Positions 56,858 through 64,000 of a stretch of DNA of 64,000 nucleotides are shown here, piece after piece. The stretch is from positions 1,871 through 65,870 of the forward strand of contig CAZBUK010000010.1 of NCBI GenBank assembly GCA_964495085.1, written 5' to 3'. The notes under the pieces are model-generated. The model saw only the letters and a list, made by a program, of their open reading frames with translations. It searched no databases and was not told the DNA's origin. This stretch comes from an uncultured Ignavibacteriales bacterium. GTDB taxonomy: Bacteria > Bacteroidota > Ignavibacteria > T3Sed10-11. Made by a program: the position numbers and the translations under genes. Positions within the stretch are counted from its first letter, which is position 1; every line of letters begins with the position of its first letter.

Positions 56858-57529
56858 ATGCGTATGGATTTTGGACAACTGTGTTTTTTTAGCGCACTGA
56901 TTATTCTTTTCATCGTGCTGAGTTTTATGAAACCTCGTAGAAGATTCGAATGGAGGGCAATGGGCGCGTTTATAGGGTTTGTTGCTGCCTTGTTCACCGA
57001 TATGTACGGTTTTCCATTTACGATATATTTACTCACAAGCTGGTTAGGTACAAACTATCCCGTTCATAATCCATTTTCCCACGCAAGCGGGCATTTCGTA
57101 CTGTTTTTTTTAGGATTATCTCAATCGGGCATCGCAATGACTATTCTCCATATAATCACAAACGGAATAATTTTATTTGGAATCTGGCTTATATATGAAG
57201 GATGGATGCTTATTTATAAAGCGGATGAAAATACCTTTGTAACAGAGGGAGTATATACACATATTCGTCACCCGCAATACTCGGGTATCTTCCTCATTGC
57301 GATAGGGTTATTAATTCAATGGCCAACACTGATTACCGCCGGGATGTTTCCGTTGTTGTCGCTCCTCTACTACCGGCTTGCTCTATGGGAGGATAAAGCG
57401 CTTTTCGAAAAATTCGGAGACGAATTTATTGAGTACCGCACACAAACCCCAATGTTTATACCTTTAATTAAGAAACGGAACCTAAACCACAAGAACATGC
57501 AAACCAAAAATAAGGAGGTAGTATCATGA
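56858..57529 (+). CDS. isoprenylcysteine carboxyl methyltransferase (ICMT/PEMT) family membrane protein, CzcN-like; the 5' end may be frameshifted
   Basis: VTEGVYTHIRHPQYSGIFLIAIG (RHPxYxG motif) in a polytopic protein. A better-placed SD+ATG at 56833 opens a different frame that stops at the T7 run 56884-56890. Confidence 0.7.
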   Translation: MRMDFGQLCFFSALIILFIVLSFMKPRRRFEWRAMGAFIGFVAALFTDMYGFPFTIYLLTSWLGTNYPVHNPFSHASGHFVLFFLGLSQSGIAMTILHIITNGIILFGIWLIYEGWMLIYKADENTFVTEGVYTHIRHPQYSGIFLIAIGLLIQWPTLITAGMFPLLSLLYYRLALWEDKALFEKFGDEFIEYRTQTPMFIPLIKKRNLNHKNMQTKNKEVVS

Positions 57530-57891
57530 AACGCATAATAGTAACACTCATCGCCGGTGCAATAGTCTTCTTGTTTATTGCATTGATGCCGCAGGAAGAA
57601 CATAAACATTCCGCTGACGATCAGCAGCGTCAGCATATAATGGAAATGATGAACGATCCGGCAATGGCAGAGACAATCATGGAGCATATTGCCGAAAACG
57701 GTAATTTGCGGATGAAGATGATGCTCAGGATGCATGCAAAAATGCAGGGAGACGGTGAGGCAATGATGGAGATGTGCGAGAAGATGATGGATGGTGATCA
57801 TCAGCACGGCGCAATGATGAAACATGAAAAAATGAGCTGCTGCGACAAAGAAAGTAAAAAGGAAGACCACAGCCATGAGAAGCATCATTGA
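57526..57891 (+). CDS. Met/His-rich putative metal-binding protein (N-terminal TM anchor)
   Basis: 121 aa with MEMMNDPAMAETIMEHI...MKMMLRMHAKMQGDGEAMMEMCEKMMDGDHQHGAMMKHEKMSCC...DHSHEKHH. ATGA start/stop overlap with the ICMT gene. Confidence 0.6.
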   Translation: MKRIIVTLIAGAIVFLFIALMPQEEHKHSADDQQRQHIMEMMNDPAMAETIMEHIAENGNLRMKMMLRMHAKMQGDGEAMMEMCEKMMDGDHQHGAMMKHEKMSCCDKESKKEDHSHEKHH

Positions 57892-57902
57892 TCGCCAACA
57901 AA

Positions 57903-57946
57903 GGTGCGGCGCGCTCATTTTCGGCGCCGCACCCTATATTTTTATA
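57903..57946 (+). terminator. rho-independent terminator
   Basis: GGTGCGGCGC-(11 nt)-GCGCCGCACC, a 10-bp GC-rich perfect stem followed by CTATATTTTTAT, 12 nt after the stop at 57891. Confidence 0.75.
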
Positions 57947-57953
57947 TTAAACC

Positions 57954-58220
57954 ATGAGCATTCAAGTGTTTGCAAGGAAAATACCATTGTTCTCCAGGCT
58001 CTTTATTGGAATTCTCAGGGGAATTGTTTTTGCAGTATTCGGATCGATTCATAGTATGTGGCGTATGTTCGATGAAGATTTTCCATTCTTTGTTGCAGTA
58101 ATTTTGGCTGTTCATAATGAGACTATGAGTCCGATGAGAGGTATTTTATTTGCGTTTATTGATGGAGCGCTTGTAGGACTTTTATCTGGCTGGGTAAGCA
58201 GTAGAATACTAAAATTTTAA
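57954..58220 (+). CDS. hypothetical small membrane protein
   Basis: 88 aa with 2-3 hydrophobic segments. I recognise no motif. Confidence 0.35.
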   Translation: MSIQVFARKIPLFSRLFIGILRGIVFAVFGSIHSMWRMFDEDFPFFVAVILAVHNETMSPMRGILFAFIDGALVGLLSGWVSSRILKF

Positions 58221-58258
58221 GTGACGGTAAAATACCAACAACGGAAAGGAAAATAAAA

Positions 58259-58603
58259 ATGAAAGAAATTAAAGCTTATGTTCGTGCCGAAAGAGTTGAC
58301 AATGTTGTAAGGAAGTTGGAGCAAGAGGGATTCTGCTGCATGACAATTGTCAACGTTTCGGGGTTAGGCGGATTTGCCGATCCCAAAAAAGCAAAATATT
58401 CTTTTGAATATGTGGAGAAATATTCGAAGGTCGTAAAAATAGAACTGGTGTGTAATGACAAACAGGTTGATCAAGCTATCAATGCATTTATTGAGGGAGG
58501 TAGAACACATAAATCGGGCGACGGAATTGTCTTGGTCTCCCCCGTTGAACGCGCTGTGAAAATTCGGACGGGAGAAGAAGGAGCAGAAATATTACAAAAA
58601 TAA
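58259..58603 (+). CDS. P-II-family (GlnB-like fold) protein
   Basis: 114 aa. MKEIKAYVRAERVDNVVRKLEQEGF...KIELVCNDKQVDQAINAFIEGGRTHKSGDGIVLVSPVERAVKIRTGE fits the P-II topology. Such genes commonly accompany heavy-metal RND loci. Confidence 0.6.
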   Translation: MKEIKAYVRAERVDNVVRKLEQEGFCCMTIVNVSGLGGFADPKKAKYSFEYVEKYSKVVKIELVCNDKQVDQAINAFIEGGRTHKSGDGIVLVSPVERAVKIRTGEEGAEILQK

Positions 58604-58632
58604 CGTAAATATACTCAAACATTTAATTAAGG

Positions 58633-58806
58633 AGACGGAGTTATGGTACAGGACCCAGTGTGCGGAATGAAATTTAATGAAAAAGCTGCTGCATCATCGA
58701 CAGAGTATAAAGGCAAAATAGTTTACTTCTGCTCCCCGTCCTGTCAGGATATATTTGAAAAAGAACCTGAGAAATATGTAAAAAACAACGGCGATGAATT
58801 GAAACA
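58633..58806 (+). CDS. YHS-domain small metal-binding protein
   Basis: Below the track cut-off. Manual translation gives MVQDPVCGMKFNEKAAASSTEYKGKIVYFCSPSCQDIFEKEPEKYVKNNGDELKHQH. GGAGACGGAG lies upstream. Confidence 0.7.
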
Positions 58807-58951
58807 TCAGCATTGATTTCCGGCTAATCGTAGCGGCGTTCGTTTCACAATCTGCACCGCTCATAATATGAATTAACTGTTATGGTGGGTTGAACGCCCC
58901 TACACCAAATAACAATAATATGTAAATTCATAACTAGAGTTTATTAATAAA

Positions 58952-59401
58952 ATGGAAAAAATAGAAAATTCTAAATTTAAAAATCGGCGTCCATTTTTAA
59001 ACATTTTGTTGTGGGGTAGTCTAACAACTGTTTCGGCATCGGTATTGTATCCGATGATACGCTATTTATTTCCTCCGAAAATTTCGCATGCAGGTCCGAG
59101 GTCTGTTACCGCAGGATATACTGATGAGTTGGCAGCAAACAGCGGGAAAGTAGTCAGATTCGGAACGAAGCCCGTTATTGTAATTAAAACACCAGAAGGT
59201 GAAGTAAGAGCATTCTCTGCTATATGCACACACTTAGCTTGTATTGTACAATACCGTGAAGATTATCAACACATATGGTGTGCATGTCACAATGGACATT
59301 TTGATCTAAATGGAAAAAACATCGCCGGTCCACCGCCACTACCGTTGGAACTGTATAATATAAGCATCAGAGGCAATGAAATAATTGTAATGAAAGAATA
59401 A
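58952..59401 (+). CDS. Rieske [2Fe-2S] domain protein (orphan)
   Basis: CTHLAC...CACHNGHF Rieske ligand boxes and an N-terminal anchor/signal-like NRRPFLNILLWGSL. No cytochrome b or oxygenase partner is adjacent. Confidence 0.75.
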   Translation: MEKIENSKFKNRRPFLNILLWGSLTTVSASVLYPMIRYLFPPKISHAGPRSVTAGYTDELAANSGKVVRFGTKPVIVIKTPEGEVRAFSAICTHLACIVQYREDYQHIWCACHNGHFDLNGKNIAGPPPLPLELYNISIRGNEIIVMKE

Positions 59402-59407
59402 GAAACT

Positions 59408-59823
59408 TTGAACAACAAACAGATCCACATCGAAGGCGCGGGTCCATCGGGTCTTACCGCAGCAATTAATCTTAAACGTGCCGGTTTGCGCGTAATAGTG
59501 CACGAAAAAAATCAGGATGCCAGGATGAGATTTAACGGTGATTTTCAGGGATTGGAAAATTGGACGGCTGATGAAGATGTTCCCGAATTTCTACGTTCGA
59601 TGGGAGTTTCAGTCAATTTTCTTGTGAACCATACTCGGCAGAATATTATGGTCCGTCATTAAAGAAAGTAACCGTTAATAGTTCAAAGCCGCATTTTTAT
59701 CTTGTAGAGTGGGGCACCAATTACGGTTCGTTGGATCAAGGATTGAAACGGCAAGCGATAGATGCCGGAGTCGATTTTCGATGGAAATCTAAACTCGAAA
59801 CGACCGCATCAAAACCTACTTAA
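59408..59823 (+). pseudogene. FAD-dependent oxidoreductase remnant (frameshifted and truncated)
   Basis: TTG-start ORF with GAGPSGLTAAINLKRAGLRVIVHEK (the GxGxxG FAD fold). The reading frame breaks near 59625. The homologous sequence continues in another frame (PYSAEYYGPS...GSLDQGLKRQAIDAGVDFRW) and stops at 59823, far short of a full-length enzyme. Confidence 0.55.
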
Positions 59824-60093
59824 ATAGCATAGATTAAATTGGAAAAAGAATATTTTATACCTCCTCGCACGTATACAATACAGAACAAGATTAATCGACA
59901 AAAATTGTATGCACGAAGACTGCGATTGTATGTGGTGCAGACATCGAACATCTTAATATATATGCCTCCACTATCGACCGGGATGTGAAAAATCGGACCG
60001 GTTAGGTATCAGGAGAAATTCTACAAATATGACCCATTTTGATACCTAAAATTTTACACAATTCTTTGAAATAAATATTACGCAATCAAGTCA

Positions 60094-61278
60094 ATGAACA
60101 TGTATTCTTTCATAAATAACAATCAGGAAAGAATAGCTATGAATATAAAAGCTAGTAACAAAACGGAAAGTGGGATTGTCATTGTTACGGGCTCCAACGG
60201 AACGATTGGCGATGCCGTTATGCGGCAGTTTGTCGGACGATTTGAGGATGTGGTTGGTTTCGACCGCAAGGCACGTAATCCCCCGCCGCCAGGCTGCACC
60301 GCCGTAGCCGTTGACATCACGTCGGACGAGAGCATGCAGCAAGGACTATATATGATCCGCGAACACCACGGAACACACGTCGCGTCGGTAATTCATCTTG
60401 CCGCTTACTATGATTTTTCCGGTGAGTCAAGCGAGAAATATAACGAAATAACCGTGCGCGGAACGAGACATCTACTGCACAGCTTGCGCGAACTTTCTTT
60501 TAAGGTCGAGCAGTTTATTTTTTCCAGCACGATGCTCGTTCACGAGCCAGTTGAACCGGGTGAGTTTATAAACGAAGATTCGCCGATTAAAGCGGCTTGG
60601 GCATACCCGGAATCGAAAGTTCGTACCGAGCAGCTTATTCGCGATGAGCGCGGCGATATTCCCGCCGTATTTCTTCGTATATCCGGTGTGTATGACGACA
60701 TCTGCCACTCGATTCCGCTCGCCCATCAGATTCAGCGCATTTATGAACGATGGCTGACTAGTCGTGTCTTTCCCGGCGACGTGGCACATGGACAATCGTT
60801 TTTGCATCTGGATGATTTGGTTGATATTTTCACGCGGCTCGTCAAACGCCGCAAAGAGCTACCCCCGATTTTGCCGCTTATCGTCGGCGAACCCGAACCG
60901 CTCACATACAGTGAATTACAGCATACTTTTGGTCGGTTGATTCACGGAGAGGAATGGGAAACAACACAGATACCGAAGGCATTAGCAAAAATGGGCGCGT
61001 GGTTTCAAGATATTACGCCGTTTGTGAAAGAACCGTTTATCAAGCCTTGGATGATTGATTACGCCGACGACCATTACGCACTGGACATTACACGTGCCCG
61101 CAAGCTGCTCGATTGGGAGCCGAAACGAAGTTTGCGTGGGACGATTCCAAAAATGATTGCCGCGCTCAAAGCCGACCCAGTCAACTGGTATCGGGAAAAC
61201 AATCTGAAATTGCCGTCGCAGCTCGTTGAAATGAAGGAAACGGTGAAAAATAAATCGCAAGAAGGAAACGAGCAATGA
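60094..61278 (+). CDS. NAD-dependent epimerase/dehydratase-family (extended SDR) protein
   Basis: IVTGSNGTIGDAV Rossmann motif and a YxxxK-type region (WAYPESK). The start could be the ATG at 60139. Confidence 0.7.
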   Translation: MNMYSFINNNQERIAMNIKASNKTESGIVIVTGSNGTIGDAVMRQFVGRFEDVVGFDRKARNPPPPGCTAVAVDITSDESMQQGLYMIREHHGTHVASVIHLAAYYDFSGESSEKYNEITVRGTRHLLHSLRELSFKVEQFIFSSTMLVHEPVEPGEFINEDSPIKAAWAYPESKVRTEQLIRDERGDIPAVFLRISGVYDDICHSIPLAHQIQRIYERWLTSRVFPGDVAHGQSFLHLDDLVDIFTRLVKRRKELPPILPLIVGEPEPLTYSELQHTFGRLIHGEEWETTQIPKALAKMGAWFQDITPFVKEPFIKPWMIDYADDHYALDITRARKLLDWEPKRSLRGTIPKMIAALKADPVNWYRENNLKLPSQLVEMKETVKNKSQEGNEQ

Positions 61279-62774
61279 ATAACAAACACGAACAATACGG
61301 CGAACAATCATCGCCCAATCGGGAAAAACAAGAGGCGCAAGAGAGCAATAAAACCGGTATGTCGGAAATGTCAACGGAAGAACACGCCAAGATGACGAAG
61401 GACAAATCGGGTGCTGAACAATCGCAATCAATATCGCACGGTTCGATGAGCGGGGTGGGCGGAGCCGACCACACGGAACTGATGTGGCGTGAATCGCTCT
61501 GGGCGAGTTTTGTCAATTTGCTTCTGGGCGCGTGGCTTGTTACAAGCCCGTTCACTTTCGGCTACCAAAGCGCAGAAATGACTTGGAGCGATGTCGTGAG
61601 TGGTTTGCTCGTTGTCGTTTTTTCCTTGCTATCTACTTCGCGCAAATTGAACGCTTATGCACGGTGGGCGGTATGTTTCGTGGGCATCTGGTTATTGTTT
61701 GCACCCCTGGTTTTCTGGTCGCCCACCGCTACTGCATATTTGAATGATACGCTTGTTGGTGCACTCCTCATTGCTTTCGCCGTTCTTGTGCCGAAGATGC
61801 CCGGAATGGATATGTCGGTGATGGACGGCGCGGAGGTTCCGCCCGGCTGGTCGTACAATCCTTCGTCGTGGCTGCAACGCGCTCCGATTATCCTCCTCGC
61901 GTTCGTCGGATTACTCGCCTCGCGCTATATGGCAGCATATCAGCTTGGACACATCAGTTCGGTTTATGACCCGTTTTTTGACGACGGTACGCAGCGAGTT
62001 CTCGAATCGGATGTCTCGAAAATGTTTCCGATTTCCGATGCGGGACTCGGCGCATTTGCTTATATGCTGGAAATATTGATGGGTTTTATGGGTAACAAGG
62101 CGCGTTGGAGAACGATGCCCTGGATGGTCACATTTTTCGGAATTCTCGTCGTGCCGGTCGGTACGGTGAGTATCGTGTTGATTATTTTGCAGCCTCTTTC
62201 GGTAGGTGTGTGGTGTTCGTTGTGCCTGCTCGCTGGAATTGCAATGTTGGTGATGATTCCCGCCACGCTCGATGAAGTCGTAGCAATGCTGCAATTTCTA
62301 ATTCGAGCCCGGCGCGAAGGTAAACCCCTCTGGCGCACGTTCTGGTATGGCGGCACGGTAGAAGGTCAGAAAGACGACAAATTAACGCCGTTCGAATGGT
62401 CGCACCCGTTCGAGATTTTTCAAAATTGGTTTGTCAGTAATTGGAATTTGCTCATAAGCATGGCGCTGGGTGTGTGGCTGATGTTCGCTCCGTGGACGCT
62501 TCAATCGTCGAGCAGTTCGGCGGACAGCGATCATCTACTTGGTGCGTTAATCGTTACTTTCGCAATAATTGCGATGGCTGAAGTCGGACGTACAGTGCGT
62601 TTTATAAATATCTTGTTCGGTACGTTGGTAATTGTTGCGCCGTGGTTGCTGAGCGGCTCAACGGGGAGCGCGACGTGGAACGACATGATCGTCGGCGCGC
62701 TTGTGATCATTCTCAGTTTCCCGCGCGGTAAAATCAGCCAACGGTACGGCAGCTTTGAGAGATTCATTCGATGA
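61275..62774 (+). CDS. polytopic membrane protein: SPW-repeat segments flanking a VKOR-like domain
   Basis: [S/A]P[W/F] repeats occur in TM pairs (LVTSPFTF, FAPLVFWSP, FAPWTL, VAPWLL). The central region has ISDAGLGAFAYMLE and WCSLCLL (a CxxC at a TM start), as in vitamin K epoxide reductase homologues. ATGA overlap with the SDR gene. Confidence 0.6.
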   Translation: MNNKHEQYGEQSSPNREKQEAQESNKTGMSEMSTEEHAKMTKDKSGAEQSQSISHGSMSGVGGADHTELMWRESLWASFVNLLLGAWLVTSPFTFGYQSAEMTWSDVVSGLLVVVFSLLSTSRKLNAYARWAVCFVGIWLLFAPLVFWSPTATAYLNDTLVGALLIAFAVLVPKMPGMDMSVMDGAEVPPGWSYNPSSWLQRAPIILLAFVGLLASRYMAAYQLGHISSVYDPFFDDGTQRVLESDVSKMFPISDAGLGAFAYMLEILMGFMGNKARWRTMPWMVTFFGILVVPVGTVSIVLIILQPLSVGVWCSLCLLAGIAMLVMIPATLDEVVAMLQFLIRARREGKPLWRTFWYGGTVEGQKDDKLTPFEWSHPFEIFQNWFVSNWNLLISMALGVWLMFAPWTLQSSSSSADSDHLLGALIVTFAIIAMAEVGRTVRFINILFGTLVIVAPWLLSGSTGSATWNDMIVGALVIILSFPRGKISQRYGSFERFIR

Positions 62775-63079
62775 TTACTGATGTTATGACTCGGCGGAGC
62801 GGCAGACTCGGCAAAAGCCGAAAGGAGATGCACAAAATCAAACAACTTAGTGACAGGCGACCAAACACAAATCGCAGCAGCAAAAGCAGAGTGTGTGATG
62901 GAAGGTTGCACGTCGGTGCTGTTTGGCGCATCAGACGATTTGGCGCAACGTATGGTGGTGCATGCAATATTTCGTCTCGCGTGAAGGGCGTTGAGGGCTA
63001 AGTTACCGCGTTCGATGAATCAAATGATCATTTGAGGCGATTGAATAAATTAAAGCAATTAAAAGAAAGGATTAAAGCA

Positions 63080-63982
63080 ATGCAGTACGGAATAATTGGA
63101 TTGGGACGGATGGGAGCTAATATGGCGCGCCGCTTGTTGCGAGGCGGGCACGAAGTCGTCGTCAGCAACCGAAGCCCGGAACCGGTTGAACAACTCGAAG
63201 CGGAAGGCGCGGTGGGCGCTCGCTCGCTTGGCGAACTGGTTGAACGGCTGAAAGCTCCACGCGCAATCTGGGTTTCGCTGCCGGCGGGCGAGGTGACGGA
63301 GAACACCTTGAATCAACTTGCACCGCTTCTGACGAGCGGCGACGTGATTGTAGAGTCAGGCAACTCTTTTTATAAAGACACGATCAAGCATGCCGTACAA
63401 CTCAAAGAAAGCGGACTCGATCTGCTCGATCAAGGGACGAGCGGCGGCGTCTGGGGGCTGGAGATCGGCTACTGCCTGATGATCGGCGGCAAACGCACAA
63501 GTTTCGAGCGTTTGGAGCCTGCCTTCAAAACGCTCGCACCGCCCGACGGCTACCTTTACACAGGTCCAAGCGGTTCCGGGCACTTCGTCAAGATGGTGCA
63601 CAATGGGATAGAGTACGGGATGCTTGCGGCATATGGCGAGGGCTTCGAGCTTCTCAAGTCGTCTGACTTCGACGCACTCGACTTGCGCGCGATTTCGCAT
63701 TTGTGGAATCAGGGCAGCGTCGTTCGTTCGTGGTTGCTCGAATTGGCTGAAAGTGCGTTCGTGAAAGACCCGGCGCTCGCTTCGATTCGCGGCTATGTGG
63801 AGGACTCTGGCGAAGGGCGGTGGACGGTGCTTGAATCTATTGAGAAGAATATTCCCGCTCCCGTCCTGGCTCTCTCGCTCATGATGCGATTTCGGTCGCG
63901 GCAGGATGAGAGTTTCGGCGCGAAGGTGATCGCCGCCTTGCGCAATGAGTTCGGCGGTCACTCCGTGAAGTCCGTTAAATAA
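63080..63982 (+). CDS. 6-phosphogluconate dehydrogenase (decarboxylating), short YqeC/Gnd-like form
   Basis: Trimmed to the ATG at 63080. GIIGLGRMGANMARRL, GTSGGVWG and GSGHFVKMVHNGIEYGMLAAYGEGFELL motifs. Confidence 0.8.
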   Translation: MQYGIIGLGRMGANMARRLLRGGHEVVVSNRSPEPVEQLEAEGAVGARSLGELVERLKAPRAIWVSLPAGEVTENTLNQLAPLLTSGDVIVESGNSFYKDTIKHAVQLKESGLDLLDQGTSGGVWGLEIGYCLMIGGKRTSFERLEPAFKTLAPPDGYLYTGPSGSGHFVKMVHNGIEYGMLAAYGEGFELLKSSDFDALDLRAISHLWNQGSVVRSWLLELAESAFVKDPALASIRGYVEDSGEGRWTVLESIEKNIPAPVLALSLMMRFRSRQDESFGAKVIAALRNEFGGHSVKSVK

Positions 63983-64000
63983 TCAATCTGTTACGCAACA

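Noticed and set aside
57370-57918. A 182-aa minus-strand ORF that is strikingly His/Cys/Phe-rich and could be mistaken for a metal-binding protein.
   Set aside because: It is the antisense image of the Met-rich gene at 57526..57891, since ATG-rich sense gives CAT-rich antisense. It also runs into the ICMT gene. The sense-strand genes have proper start contexts and coupling.
59824-60093. A non-coding stretch at the right edge of the island, inspected for att-like direct repeats matching the left edge (40572..40829) and for inverted terminal repeats.
   Set aside because: By eye only short (5-8 nt) motifs recur (ATTGTATG, AGGTATC/GATACCT), and none is shared with the left boundary. A computational repeat search would be needed to exclude degenerate att sites.
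62771-63001. A 76-aa Arg/Lys-rich ORF, and short GACTCGGC direct repeats, in the 305-nt gap between the VKOR-like gene and the gnd-like gene.
   Set aside because: There is no SD sequence, and the composition is typical of a random frame in GC-richer DNA. The repeats are only 8 nt. I could not support a structured RNA by eye. The region may deserve a covariance-model scan.

Overview
This is a bacterial chromosomal segment from a diderm, LPS-making organism (lnt, lptB/lptC, kdsA/C/D are present). I cannot assign the taxon from the sequence alone. No rRNA, tRNA, CRISPR array, integrase or transposase was seen by eye. The window has four parts. (1) 1-20.2 kb, all minus strand, is a tightly packed housekeeping string: SDR, ygfZ, an orphan MalK-type ATPase, aroA, gpmI, the classical rimP-nusA-infB-rbfA-truB-ribF-rpsO-pnp block, a thioesterase, lnt, PAP2, DedA, ispF, acylphosphatase and an EamA transporter. 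(2) 20.3-40.6 kb holds hrcA-grpE-dnaJ (no dnaK), a comEA-like/pilM-like pair, rsmD-coaD-aminotransferase and a zinc-ribbon gene preceded by a CIRCE-like inverted repeat. On the minus strand it continues with tyrA, DAHP synthase, an lptB/lptA-like/lptC/kdsD/unknown/kdsC/kdsA operon, a DAACS transporter, slyD-like, purE and icd. (3) About 40.6-59.8 kb is all plus strand and visibly more AT-rich. It is an accessory metal island with a cusCBA-type Cu(I)/Ag(I) RND efflux system (the CusA methionine triad is conserved). Around it are many small Cys-, Met- and His-rich proteins: YHS, GDCCVxC, DUF2318-like, DUF302, SHOCT, DUF2933/DUF5676-like, a CzcN-like ICMT methyltransferase and P-II-like proteins. 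It also carries a TonB-dependent receptor, a very AT-rich nuclease-like gene and several disrupted genes. No dedicated regulator is visible in the island. (4) 60.1-64 kb holds an SDR epimerase coupled to an SPW-repeat/VKOR-like membrane protein, and a gnd-like dehydrogenase. The best candidates for undescribed biology are the two uncharacterised gene modules inside the metal island (47.9-52.1 kb and 55.2-58.8 kb), the solitary nuclease-like gene at 52.2-53.4 kb, the unknown ORF inside the kds/lpt operon, and the CIRCE-like operator at 27.5 kb. All family names are by-eye motif recognition from memory. No database search was run.
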